A DNA stretch of 64,000 bases from Chrysemys picta bellii (lineage: Eukaryota): assembly GCF_011386835.1 (NCBI RefSeq), contig NC_088794.1, positions 36,332,001 through 36,396,000 of the forward strand. Direction: 5' to 3'. This document shows, one piece after another, positions 11,601 through 24,781 of this stretch. The notes under the pieces are model-generated. The model was not told the origin of the DNA, searched no databases, and was given only the letters and a program-made list of their open reading frames with translations. Both the position numbers and the translations under genes were made by a program. Every line of letters starts with the position of its first letter. The first letter of the stretch is position 1.

Positions 11601-11907
11601 GCTGTCTGCTGGTGTATGCAGAGGGGGCTCATGCTAAAGTGTGTGACACGGGGAGGGTGTGGGGGTCGGGCATGAAGGCAATGACTAGGAGCTTTGTTTT
11701 ACTTTGCTTTGTATCCTTCCCACTAGTAGGGTGGGGAAAGGGTCATTATAAAAGTAATACTTCAGGATTCACAGCAATGGCACCAGAAGCTCTTGTGAGA
11801 GCACTGTGAGCTGGAACGGTTTGTAGAATACTGCAGTATACTTTTATTAACAGGGAGGGAGGGTTTGTGAGAAATCAGGGGTGTCCTCAAGAAGCAGAGA
11901 TGACTAT

Positions 11908-12075
11908 GGCCTCGTCTACACTACAAACTTATCCACACCCCTGAGTGACATAGTTATACCGCTACGTCGACAGGACAGCTTCTCCTGTCAACGTAGCTAC
12001 CACCTCTCGGCGAGGTGGATTAACTACACCGATGGGAGCAGCTCGTAGTAGCAGCTTCACTAAAGCGCTACAGCA
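11908..12075. mobile_element. Truncated Harbinger-type MITE
   Basis: Left end GGCCTCGTCTACACT; interior similar to 966-1260 and 30527-30776; no right TIR seen. Confidence 0.6.
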
Positions 12076-12884
12076 GAGGTGAAGAGAGGGGCAGGGCCAG
12101 AGTCCTGCCCCACCTCTGCACCAATCCATGGTGTAGGGCTGGCTCACTTTCTGGGCCAGCCTGATGGCTAGCACAAAATGTGCACACCCCATGCATAGGG
12201 AGACTGTGCTTGCTAGCGTTGCCAAGGGCACTGTGTCTCTGGTGCCACTCCACACTGCCCCTCATGTTGGGCTTGTGACAGAATGCCACCATACAGTCCT
12301 ATATGTGGAAGCGATGCTCCTATTTTCAATTTCATCGGGCACGCATATTGTGACTGCTTCACCTACCTTCTGCCCACTCATCCATCTTAGTCTAAACATC
12401 CCAAATCGCTGAGCTTCAGCTATCCTCGTTTATATTTTCAATCAACCTGAAACAAATTTCCCCCTCTTCTCCTGAAATGCAGAATTGTCCCGCAAACTAC
12501 ACTGGCCTGAGGTCTGTGGTGGGGAATAATTAGTATTGCACAGTGACCAGTTTAAAGTTGCACCTCTCACTGCCCTTCAGGAGTACAATGCAGGTGCTGT
12601 ACCATTGTAAAAAGGGAAATTGGCAGCTTTCACTGGGGTACACAGCTCTTGCTTCTAGCCTCCAGTAGTTGCAAGATATCAGATCTTGCTATTGTGATAT
12701 TATGATTTACAGCTCTCCTTACAGGTGGAAGAATATGAAAAATGGTACCACTAAAAAAAAAAGTAAGATTCTATAAATAATTTCTAAAATAGTGTTTTTT
12801 CTGTAAAATACAGAGCATAGACAGAATGTGTGATTGTGTTTTATTGACACTTGTTTGGGGTAACCTGCACGACTCACTCATAAC

Positions 12885-13481
12885 TAAGGCTAAGATTTAG
12901 TCACGGATATTTTTGGTAAAAGTCATGCACAGGCCATGGGCAATAAATAAAAATTCATGGCCCATGACCTGTCCATGACTTTTTACCAAAAATACCCCTG
13001 ACTAAATCTCTACTTCTGGGACCCCGCTGCTCTAGGGGGCCCCTGCTGGGAGGAGGAGGGCTTGCTCCAGTGCAGGTGGTTGTCTGCCCCCCAGCCGCTG
13101 CTCCCAGGGACCGCTCTCCAGACAGCCTCCAGGCACCCCTGGGGCCATTTCTCCAGCTGCTCTGGGACTGCTGCTGCTCGGGCAGTTGCCGGGACCAGCT
13201 GCACCAGCCGCAGCTTGCATGGTCCCCGGAACCAGCTGCCTGGGGCCTCCCAAGCAGCAGCCAGTGCGGCTGGCGCTGGGGACCACCAAAGCAGCTGGCC
13301 CCGGGTCGCTCCAACAGTGGCTGGTGTGACTGGCCGTGGGGTGCCCAAGCACTTGATCCTGGGGCCAGCTGCTCAGGCGGCCCTGAAATCAGCCGCACCA
13401 GCTGCTGCGGAAGTCATGGAGGTTGCGGAAAGTCATGGAATCCGTGACTTCCGCGACCTCTGTGAAAGAATCACAGCCTTA
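12885..13481. mobile_element. hAT MITE with GC-rich core
   Basis: Termini TAAGGCTAAGATT...AATCACAGCCTTA; 8-bp TSD CTCATAAC (12877-84) / CTCAGAGC (13482-89), 6 of 8 identical; subterminal (A/C)GTCA(T/C)G repeats. Confidence 0.8.
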
Positions 13482-15408
13482 CTCAGAGCTCGTGAAGGAA
13501 GGAGACATCTCTAACACTCATGCTGCTAAAATGTTTATGCCACACCACGCTGTGGAGCATTTTATATGTGCTTTCACTCCATATATGCGCGTACACACAC
13601 ACATATGAATAGAGAATATATGACGGTATAGTATGCATGCATCTACATATAATAATGTAATAGGTAAGCCAATGTTCATGTTGCATAGAGAATTGTGTTT
13701 AATGGGTGAAAGAATGGGAATATCTGCTGCACACATACAAAATAGACTGTAGGGAGGCTTTTAATTTTCTGTGTACTTTGTGACTTGTAGAGGAGTCGCA
13801 TATTTAAATATATTTTGGAAATAAAAACAGATGGATTTTTAAATTGAGTCCCTAATGCCTCACTCTTTTCCAGAACCCTTTTGCAAAGAGTACACATGGA
13901 GATTCTACATTAAACTTTGGATGTGGATAGCTGCCCTTTTCACAAATACCATATTTATATTTTTTCCATGTTGGAATGTCTCAGAAAAAATGATTTTGTT
14001 TCATAATTGATTTGAGCTGTGCCAGTTTGAAAATGCAGTGTGAATGATATGGCAACATTGTTTGCTCTGCAGCAGTCTGTCTGTCCGTGGCAGCAGATTC
14101 ACCAAGTGCAGCATTAACAATATGATGACGTTATTTACTCAGCAGCAACCTATGTGTGTACATGCCAGCAAATCTGTCAAATTCCAGCGGCATTATTTAC
14201 TTAAATGTTGACATTGACTTCAACATTGGCACATGAAAACACCACGTCAACCAATGATGACGGTTCTTTGCTAGGTAGTGTCCTATGTGTTTCACACATG
14301 ACAACAGATTTGCTCAGTTGCTGTGTCCGCTTGTAATCTAATACCGACATTTCTCGATAGTCAGACTCGCACTGCAGCCTTTGTGTTCAGTACATTATCA
14401 TGATTCTTTGTCAGGCCCTATATTAATTGCATTTCACATTTCAGTTCCAGTTTGCACAGTTTCTTTACAAACTAGGGAAATTCACACAGAAAAAACTTTG
14501 TTTAATGTTAGTTAAGGTTTCTCTGTTTTACTTTAATACCATTTTCCTCACAGGCTGAAAAGCTACAAATACACAGTTAAGGTCAACAACCACACTTCCA
14601 TTTCTTGAGTGACAGCAATATAAAATGGATCAGCTCATCCCTATTACTGCCTTCCTCATACAACTCTTTGTTAACACACAAGCAGGGCTGAATTTACACC
14701 TTACGCGCCCCTAGGCACAACGTCTTCAGTGCCCCCCTGCCTACAGCTGACCTATGTGTTTTCCATAAAAAATTAAACGAAAAGAAATATAACACAGCCT
14801 CCCCGGGAAGGTACGAGACCCTCCGCCACGCACGGCGCATCCCAGCCCGAGCCAAGTCAGGCCTCGCAGACAGTCTCAGTTCCCACTCCTCAGTGTGAGA
14901 AAAGGTTAGAGTTTAATCATAGCATGGGGAGGGGGGATTTCAACAAAGAAAACCAGCCTGGTCATCTTCTTCCTCAGAGGGCTTGGGTAGGTGGCGTTCA
15001 CAAGCCGTAGGTCAGTTAGTGCCACAGGGCCCCCAGTCTGGAAGCTCTGAGCCCTTTGTTTGCTTCAGCATGCCCCCACTACTGCACTGAGTTCTCCCTT
15101 TTAAGGGCTCACATCCAGGCCTGACATACCACAGAGATGCAGCAGGTTGGTGCTGATTGCTCCTTAACCCTGTCTGGGCAGGGTGGGTGATCTACCTCAC
15201 TGCACTTCAGCATAAATACAAGGAGGAGACATGTTAAATGTAGGCATACTTACAACTTTGAAGAGATGCTTTCTTTTACTTCTTTGAAGAAAAGAGAACA
15301 ACTTTTAACATGTTTCCTTCTTGAAAAAACTGCCCTGAATGCAACAATGTCATGCACATCTACTTATTACAAGCAGAATTGGGTGAGGTCAGACTAGATG
15401 GTTTAATG

Positions 15409-15744
15409 CAGGGGTCGGCCACGTTCAGCACGCGGCTCGCCAGGGTAAGCACCCTGGCGGGCCGGACCAGTTTTATTTACCTGCTGACGTGGCAGGTTCG
15501 TCCGATCGCGGCTCCCACTGGCCGCAGTTCGCCATCCCGGGCCAACGGGGGTGGCGAGAAGCCGCGGCCAGCACATCGCTGGCCTGCGCCGCTTCTCGCC
15601 GCCCCCATTGGCCCGGGATGGCGAACCGCGGCCAATGAGGCCCGTGATCGGCCGAACCTGCCACGTTAGCAGGTAAATAAAACTGGCCCGGCCCGCCAGA
15701 GTGCTTACCCTGGCGAGCCGCGTGCCGAACGTTGCCGACCCCTG
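15409..15744. mobile_element. Palindromic hAT MITE
   Basis: TIR CAGGGGTCGGC...GCCGACCCCTG; perfect TSD GTTTAATG (15401-08, 15745-52); the two halves are near-perfect reverse complements. Confidence 0.95.
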
Positions 15745-18700
15745 GTTTAATGGTTGATTCTGGCCTTAAAAAAATCTATGAATATATGTTAAAAGTTTTA
15801 TCCTTTTATTTCTGACCTTAACTGTATCTACTAATTTTACAGAGCTTGAAATTGTTAGTAAAGTAGAACAGAGCAAGCTTAATTAACAGAAACCAAAGAT
15901 TTTTCTGTGTATAGAAACATAGGTACACATACAAACCTCAAATTTACAGTAGCTGTTGAGTCATTATTAAATTTCCAGGAGCAATGGAAAATGAGATGAA
16001 AAGGTTTTTGGTGCTCATGTAAATAAAAAATGATGTTTCTCATTATTATTAATTATTATTTAATAAATTATTCATATAGCCTCAACAGCATACTAGGCAC
16101 TTTTTACTGGCATATTATTGGACAGTTATTCTGTGGTCTAACTTCATTGGGGTTTGGGGTCAGTGGGAAAAACATTTGCAAAGAGGCTAAGATTTTGTGT
16201 ACTAGAAATGGCCTGCAATTTCTCCAATTAAAGGGTATCTTGGGTTAGAAATCTGGGAACTAAACGGAGTTGTCATAGAAACCGATATGAATGTTTCATG
16301 TCCAAAATCACTTAAAAATAATGGGCCAGTTCATCAGCTAGTGTAAATTGGCATAGCTCCACTGGGCCCAATATTCCAAATCTGTCTTTACCTCCAAGAT
16401 CTGCTGTCTGCCCCCGGTGACAGTAAGAGGTGTAAATTAAACCCAGTGTCACCCATATGCTGCTGCTGCTGCCTGCAGTACAGATGAGTTGATTTTCAGA
16501 GTACGAGAACAGATACCTCACAAATGGGAGTGATGGAGGGATTGACAGCTGCCTGGAGAGCATCAGTGAGCGTGACCAGTGACTGGAGAGCAAGTGTGAA
16601 CTGGCCAGTGCTTGGGGAGCTATGAAGCATGTTTGCAAATGCAGATCCTTCTGCTATTCTCCATCCCCTAGAATTGTGCACTATTTCCCCAGGAGCCCTC
16701 TTGGAATTCAGGGACACTCACACCATCCCTCTTTCGCTCTGCAGGATTTTTTTTAGCACCCTTTTTATACCGTGTGTGTGTGTGTGTATTACAGCAGTAC
16801 CTTGCAGACTGTCAGACACTGTGTACCCTCTTTGTGATCGCTTGGTTAGTGACTCTCTCTCTTTTTCACATCTACATAAACTCCTTCCAAAAGTCTTGCC
16901 TTATTCAAGCTCTAGTAGCAGGCTGCTTACTCCGCTGTCTTGGCTGAGGGGCTCAGGACATTATACTGCCATCCTGGATGGGATTATACCAAGCTTTCTG
17001 TCATGCGCTGCTGCATCTCTCTCTTTCATTCTCCTTCTCTGCCTATGCAGCACTCTGTGGGGGGAATTTTCCCTGCTTGTTCACCAAAGAGGCGGTTTTC
17101 TTTAATCTTTCTTTCCAGCCAATGTGGAGAAATGCCCTAGGGCATTTCAACCTCTGGAACAATAAAAGGGTTAACGAGTCCTCACTTCACCTGCAGAGCG
17201 AAGAGGTGAAGCAGGTCATGTAAGACACGGAGTCAGAGAGATGAGCTGGAAGGGGACCAAATTAAGTTCATTTATTCGGCAATGTTCCATTAAACGCCAA
17301 GTAATTATCACATGTGGTGGGGTTTTGTTTCATTTTGGCACAAGAGAGTTCTTGCTGAATATTAATGTGTTAGGCCATCCAGGCTGCTGGGTTCTTCGGC
17401 AAATTATAACAGACATCCCCTGTTCCACATGCCCTCTCATTTCTAGCCTGAGCATTTAGAGGAGCTGATGATAGCAAGGATGGGGAATGCAAATGCAGAG
17501 TAGGTGTCCCGTCTCCAGTGGCAACGATTCCAGCCCTGCCATTGTGGTCCAGATTCTCAGCCTCAGTTCTATCCCCTTAACGCTGCAGTACAAAAGGGAC
17601 ATCATATGGATAGCTGAGAATTGTCCCTGGTAGAGGGGAATTCTCACTTGGGACAGGGCTTGTCTGTTTGTTATATGTGTGTACAGTGCTCAGCACAGTA
17701 GGACCCTGATCCCTGAGTGGGACTTCTACTAAACAACCATAATAACTGGTATAAAGGTGGTAGAGCCAACCCCTATGCCAACCATGCCCACTCTGGCTTA
17801 GGGGCGTATTGAGGGAAGGAAAGAATGTAACTGCATGAGGAATGAACAGACGGGAGCAAAGCTCCCCAACTATAATTCTCAACAGGCTTAGGTCAGGGCC
17901 AGGGATGGGGCATGTGAATGCATGGCTCCCTGACAGTTCCTCCCTCTCTCCCTCTCTCCACTTCTGAGTGCATCTTGGCACAGAAGAGAATCAGGGCCAA
18001 TAATTTCCCTTGACGTTATTTTGCCTGGTGTCTGGGGCAAAGCGATTGTTTGAGACAATCTTGTTGCCAATCAGTGTCCCCTTTCACACTCGCGCTACCC
18101 CATCCCCAGAAGTCCCAGCCAATGGTTTCCGAAGTGCCAGCTGTGGCATGGGCCATCCCGCTATGGCTTTATCAGGGCAGCTGCAGAAGAGGGGACTGAA
18201 TTCTCCATTGCAATGCATTGGGTACCACTGCAAGGCAAATTCACTAAAGCCGCCATAGTGAGTAGGTCTCACATGCCTGAGGAGGAAGGGGCGGAGCATG
18301 GTAACTTTCTTTCTTCCCCTTCCCCCTGCATGTCCCTAATGAAAATGAGAGGCACATTATTGTCATTTTTTTGCTATTTCAGAAGCATCTAATTTTTCTG
18401 ATTGATCTAATTTAAAAATAAAGTCCAAGTTGTGGATAATAGTGCTACAGTTCCCATAACCCCACTAGCCTTCCACTGCTTCCAACCCGGGGAAGGCAGG
18501 AGACGAACCAGTAGCAATGGGAGTGAGGTGGGAGGGAGTATCTGCTGCTAGTGAGCCATGGTTACCCTCTTTCATAGATGGCACTCCTCACCTTCCCCTG
18601 CTATCAAGGGTTCTGTGGAGAGATCTTACTGTGAGGGGGCTGGGGATGAGTCTGACTTAAGAGTTCATACTGTGTTTCCTTCCTGTTGTGAAAAGTGATA

Positions 18701-19148
18701 GAACTGGGAAGGCTGGTAGATATGAGGCATGGGGAGAGGGTAGAATTTTTGCATGAGTTGCTTCTGCTACATCATTTTCTTGAAATTTCCTTCACTGTTT
18801 ATCATGGGACCACTCATAATGGGTATGAGTCCGAGCTTAAGAAATGCTCCTGAGTCTTCTGTTTTTAAGTCACCAGCTCATATCTGGCCTAGGTCATTGG
18901 GACCCACAGTAGTAACCACATGAAGGCTCTCCAGTGGCTAATGTAATGTGGTGATACCAATACACTTCCTAGAGAAATCACCATCACATTTGTCAGTCAT
19001 TGGCATCTTCGCCAAAGGCCAAGGTCCTAACAGGCACAAATAACAGATTAACTTCGCCCCTTAGAGAGTGATCCTTTTGGTTCAGGTTCAGGTGTGTTGA
19101 TAGGGAGTTGTGGGAGAAGGCTGAATGTGCATCTCATCTGTGAATGAA

Positions 19149-19440
19149 CGAGAGCTGGTCAGATTTTTTTGAATTTTGAAATGTTGATGAAATTCTGAAT
19201 GTCAACATTTAAAAATGTGACTAAAGCAGAGAAATTGAGAAAACGTTCACTTCGTTTTTTCCCATTTTTGATTAACCGTAGAGCTGGTTAAAATTAAATT
19301 TTTAAATTTAATTTAAAATTTGAATTAAAAAAAAAAACAGGAAAAATATTTGAAAGCATTTTTGCAAATAGTTTTCCCGTAAAAAAATAAAAATCTAGGA
19401 TTAACACAGAATTTCAGCCTGCAAGTCTTTTACCAGCACT
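19149..19440. mobile_element. Old AT-rich MITE(s) with (T)AGAGCTGG termini
   Basis: GAGAGCTGGTC at ~19150, second TAGAGCTGGTT at 19279, end TTTACCAGCACTA; similar elements at ~2730-2925 and ~39085-39412. Confidence 0.5.
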
Positions 19441-19874
19441 ACATTCATTCATTTAAGCATATACAATAGATATAAGCAGCACATGTTATATATATTGGAC
19501 ATACGTGGCTCATATCTGACCCAACAGCAGGTAGAGCTCTTTCATTTATCATTCCACTCAGACATATGAAACATCTATATTTTCGGCATAGCTTCCCCTG
19601 AAGGGGGAGAGAGAGGACTGGAATAGCAGAGTTTAATGCAGGTCAGAAATGAAATATATTGATCTAGCTATGACAAAACCCAGAGCTATGACACACAGTT
19701 ATGAGAGAGAGGTTCTAGGGGTTTGGAATTAAGGAGGCATAGCAGAGTTTGGGATTAGGGGGCAGACTGACCCTAACCGAATTCTTACCAGTGCTATTGG
19801 CCCTTTGTCTTCATGAGCGATTTAGCAGACTGAATTTAACAAAAAGGAGCATCTCCAACCTCTGTGCATAAAAC

Positions 19875-20723
19875 TAGACTTGGAAGGATTAGATTTTTAT
19901 CAGTAAATGTCAGTAAACATCGATTTCACCTTACACACACAAACCAACAGAAAAATATTTCCATCAATAATAACTGAAATTTGCAGGTAGGCAAAGTGAG
20001 AAAAGTACTGCTTGAGAACTTCTTAGAGTGAAAATCCAACGATCTAGACTTTTGAATTAGCCTTATCGCAAATGGACTAGGACAGTGGTTCTCAACCCAG
20101 AGGATGTGTACCCCTCGGGGGTACATAGAGGTCTACCTGGGAGTACATCAACTCATCTAGATATTTGCAACAGGCTACATAAAAAACACTAGTGAAATCA
20201 GTACAAACTAAAATTTAATACAGACAATGACTGGTTTATACTGCTTTATATATTTTACACTGAAATATAAGTACGATATTTATATTCCAATTGATTTATT
20301 TTATAATTATATGGAAAAAATGAGAAAATCAGCAATTTTTCAGTAATAGTGTGCTGTGACACTTTGTATTTTTATGTCTGATTTTGTAAGCAAGTAGTTT
20401 TTAAGTGAGGTGTAACTTGGGGTACACAAGATAAATCGGACTCCCAAAGGGGTACAGTAGTCTGGAAAGGTTCAGGACCACTGGACTAGGGAATGAATAG
20501 TAAAAAAAGGTATGATTTGTTGATTTAAGGATACTTGCTTTGTATATTTTGACATGTGATATTGACAATTTTTGCTTTAATGGTTCATAAAAAAAATTCT
20601 TTTTGAATCTCAAAGTCTACAGTTATTACATAATTGTCTGATATTCCCATAATTCCCACAACTGTGAAATTTTAAATAAAAATCTAATTATCCAAAAAGA
20701 AAAATGGAGTTCTGCCAACCCTA
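19875..20723. mobile_element. hAT MITE (outer element of a nested pair)
   Basis: Termini TAGACTTGGAAGGA...TTCTGCCAACCCTA; TSD CATAAAAC (19867-74) / CATATAAC (20724-31), 7 of 8 identical. Confidence 0.8.
20083..20483. mobile_element. hAT (Charlie-type) MITE nested inside 19875-20723
   Basis: Termini CAGTGGTTCTCAACC...GGTTCAGGACCACTG; TSD GACTAGGA/GACTAGGG. Confidence 0.85.
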
Positions 20724-21636
20724 CATATAACTAGCCCTTAATAACAGTCCTGTGAGAGCAGTTTCTGAGACTGATGCAAGGATAACTACTGCAAAAGACA
20801 GAAGGACACAGTCTGCCTGGAGCTTTGAGAGCTTTCCAGTTACCTTTCATTATATCACCACAACTTACTTTGCAAAGCACTGTTATCACTCATCACCATA
20901 CCCTAATGCTGAGACAGGAAACCTTTAATCCATCTCCCCTGTTGGATGAAACCTTCTCAGCACTCAGTTGCAAGATGAGATCGATCCTGGATCCCAGTTA
21001 GAGAACAGTAATCAAATAATGCACTGCCACCTCATTATTATCCAACTTCCATAGCCCACTACAAGACCCAGGCCTCTTATACTCTGTGTCCTTCATTATG
21101 CTGAACTGTTAGGGCAGGAACCTCCCCACATTGGGTCAGTACAGAGCTGGCACATGTATGATCAGCTTGTATCTCTCAGGGACTGTTGTCCTCGATGGCA
21201 GGATTCAGAGGTTCTTTTCTGAGCTTTCACTGGTCATTCACGAGCTATAGAGTGTGCTGAAGGTGTCAGACTAAAGTATATGTTCATCCCAATATTTATT
21301 TCATGTCTGATACTTGTTGTGTCCCAGGTCACCAGGAGACTTTGATTAATACACAAAGGGCTTGATTTACCAAGAGCCCTCCAGTTTGTCAGATACAATT
21401 ATTTACTGGTATAAATGCTACCACTCAGGCATCTGATTACCCATTTGCCCCTACCGTAAGGCATCTAAATGGCGCAAAACTGGAGGCCAACCTTTAGGCC
21501 ATTTTAAAAGTGAGGGCTTAAGGCTTGATGTTAAGATAAAGAACTAGCAGTTTTACTGAATGTTTCCCACTTTGCTGGAGGTCTGAGCAGAACTGCCTAA
21601 TGCTCCCAAAGTGACTACTGCAGCAAGCACTGACTT

Positions 21637-22465
21637 TAGGGTTACCATATCTAACAAATAAAAAAAGAGGACTCTCCACGGGCCCATGGCCCCGCCCATT
21701 TCCCCAGCCCCAGCCCCGCCCCAACTCCGCCCCTTCCTGCCCTAACTCCGCCCCCTCCTCCCTCCCACTCCCAGCCACGCGGAAAGGGCTGCCCGAGCGC
21801 TACCGGCTTCACAGTTTGCCGGGCAGCCCCCAGACCCTGCGCCCCCAGCCGGCGCTTCCCCAGGAAGGGAAGCGCCCAGCCGGGGGCGCAGGGTCTGGAG
21901 GCTGCCCGGCAAACCGTGAAGCCGGTAGCGCTTGGGCTTCGGGCAGCCCCCTTGCCTCCGGACCCTGCGCCCCCAGCCGGGCACTTCCCCTCCTGGGCTC
22001 CAGCGGCGCAGGGTCCAGAGGCATGGGGGCTGCCCGAAGCCGGTAGCGCTCGGCTCTTAAACAGAGCCGAAGAGTCAGGGGAGGAGCAGAGCCGCCGCGG
22101 CCGGAGGCTCTGCTCCTCCCCTGACTCTTCGGCTCTGTTTAAGAGCCGGGCTGCCCGAGCGCTACCGGCTTCGGGCAGCCCCCATGCCTCCGGACCCTGC
22201 GCCACCGGAGCCCAGGAGGGGAAGTGCCCGGCCGGCGGCTGGGGTCCGGAGACAAGGGGGCTGCCTGAAGCCCATAGCGCTCGGGCAGCTCGGCTCTTAA
22301 ACAGAGCGGAAGAGTCAGGGGAGGAGCAGAGCCTCCGTGGGAGGGGAAGTGCCTGGCCGGCATTTTCCCGGACATGTTCGGCTTTTTGGCAATTCCCCCC
22401 GGACGGGGGTTTGAGTGCCGAAAAGCCGGACATGTCCGGGAAAAAGAGGACGTATGGTAACCCTA
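21637..22465. mobile_element. Young GC/CpG-rich hAT MITE with internal inverted and direct repeats
   Basis: Perfect 13-bp TIR TAGGGTTACCATA...TATGGTAACCCTA; perfect TSD ACTGACTT (21629-36, 22466-73). Confidence 0.95.
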
Positions 22466-22892
22466 ACTGACTTTTACATAAAACCTGAACTGAATTGTTC
22501 AGGAGCTGTTGCTAATTGATGTCCCCTAGACTCCTGGTCAGGAACACAAAGGGGGTAATTTCCAAAACATTGTAACTTTATGTTTCTGCAATAGAGTCTA
22601 GGGGCACTGCCCTGTTCTTTTAAACAAGGGGTTAACAGGAAGTGCTCGACTTCCCCTCCCCATGTGCTTGTTCTCATGAGCAGGACTATGTGAGTGTCTA
22701 ATAAAGGGAGGAAAGGGGAGATAATGCCTTTGAGAAGGTTAAGTTCCACCCTAAGAACCACAGGACTGGGTTGACCCTCAAGCTGGGGTTTTTATTGTTC
22801 GGTTTCTGATTGTCTTTCTTGTCAAAAAACACTTAACCCTTGCTGACCGTGACTGGTTTTGTCTCATGCTGATTTGTTTCAGCCCCTGACAG

Positions 22893-23029
22893 CATAGGTG
22901 CTGGAACTAGGAGTGCGGGGGGTGCTGCAGCACCCCCTGACTTGAAGTGGTTTCCATTATATACAGGGCTTGCAGTTTAATTCAATGGCTCTCAGCATCC
23001 CCGCTATACAAATTTTTCCAGTGCCCCTG
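22893..23029. mobile_element. Short hAT MITE
   Basis: Termini CATAGGTGCTGGAA...TTCCAGTGCCCCTG; perfect TSD CCTGACAG (22885-92, 23030-37). Confidence 0.88.
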
Positions 23030-24095
23030 CCTGACAGGTTCCAACAGATTTATTTTCTGATTGGGTATCAAAAGGGCCCCCCTTATCTGCAGGAGGAGTT
23101 AAGTTCTCAGGTTTGGACCTTTTCTCACACAGGCCCAAAAGACATATTCTGACCACCCAAAGCAGAGACCATGGAAGGGCAACTGGAACTCCTCATAAAT
23201 GCTGCCTTTTGTTGTTGTTGTTAAGATGCACCTGCCATATTGGTGACTCAAAAACAGTTTTAAAAAACGACAATACAGACAAAAACCTCACAAATGTTGA
23301 CCAAAATTTTGTGTCTAAATTTTTAAAAATTAACTGCTACACTATATAAGAGCTATTTAAAAGTGCTTATGCTAGCTAACATGAAAGGGAGATGGTGGGT
23401 CCATGACTGCCCCAGGCATGGGTAAGGGAGAAAAGGAGAAGAGGAGGGACAGGTATTTATACCCTTTATCCATGGTAGGAGTTCCCAACCTGGGGATCAT
23501 GACCCAGTGTCCAAGGCTCACCACCGCCTTGCCCATCCCCTATTGCTAAATAGGAAGGCAGTCAATGTTAGATGGGAAAGAGGCTTTCAAAAGTGTTGTG
23601 AGCCAGTGTTTTGTGGAATTCTGGGCTCAAAGGAATTCCTCATGCCAGCTAATTACCCACAGCCACATACCTAGGCAAGCAACTCCTAAAGTGAGGCTCT
23701 ATGGAGGGGTTGGGCAATGCATACAGTGGCCTTCCTTTTCCTGAAAATCAGTCACTGAATTTTCTGGCATTCACAGAACATGTTGATACTGCTGTTTCCT
23801 GCCTCACAAATTGGTATCTGATATCCCAGCCTTAAATGTCATCTGAGATCCCACTTCTACTGAGTACCCTGCATTTCTGTTGTTTTCCATAGAAGCTGAA
23901 AGATGTTCAGCACCTCTTCAGGCATTGCAGGTTCAGGCCCTCAGAGGGTCAGTAATGGTTGGTTAATGGTTGCAGCATCTGACAGACTGCATCTCAGACA
24001 CTATGTATTCTTCTGCCCCAGGAGGAGAAAAGTGAACTTGTGTGAAGTGAAATAAACAGATCCTGGGGAGAAGGAGCTGCCCTGAATTTTTTTAA

Positions 24096-24239
<144 letters not shown>

Positions 24240-24544
24240 TGAGTGGCTCAGACTGTATAATAGAAATCAGAGATTGGCAGAGAACTCTTGGAACAGCCAC
24301 TCACGTGCTCTCCCCAAGTAGAGACTTACTTGGACACATCTAGCTTTGGGCTAACATTTTATTTGTAGGATGGGGGTGGGGTGTTTCACGCATGCGTGTG
24401 TACGTGCATGTGTGTACGGGGGAGATTATAGATGTATATGCTGTGCAGCCCAGTGATTTCAGTTGTGGTCGCTTATATCAAGCTCGAATTTCCCCAGTAC
24501 AGTAGTAAATCCATAAGCTATATATAAGATATGTTAACTAGACC

Positions 24545-24781
24545 CAGGGCCGGCTCCAGCATTTCTGCCGCCCCAAGCAAAAAAAAAAAAAAAAAGTCGT
24601 GATCGGCGGCGGCAATTGGAAAAAAAAAAAAAAGCCGCAATCGGCGGCGGCAGTTCAGCGGCAGGTCCTTTGCTCCTAGAGGGAGTGAGGGACCTGCCGC
24701 CCCGAATTGCCGCAGGTGCCGCCCCCTCCCTGGGCCGCCCCAAGCACCTGCTTGTTAAGCTGGTGCCTGGAGCCGGCCCTG
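24545..24781. mobile_element. Young hAT MITE
   Basis: Perfect 15-bp TIR CAGGGCCGGCTCCAG...CTGGAGCCGGCCCTG; perfect TSD ACTAGACC (24537-44, 24782-89). Confidence 0.95.

Noticed and set aside
12955-13514. Overlapping 106-150 aa ORFs on both strands (likewise 21518-22470 and 41231-42418)
   Set aside because: All lie within TIR/TSD-bounded GC-rich MITEs, where stop codons are rare; the translations are low-complexity and repetitive.
14122-14262. Possible box C/D snoRNAs (two ATGATGA C-box matches)
   Set aside because: No CTGA D box at a suitable distance and no terminal stem.
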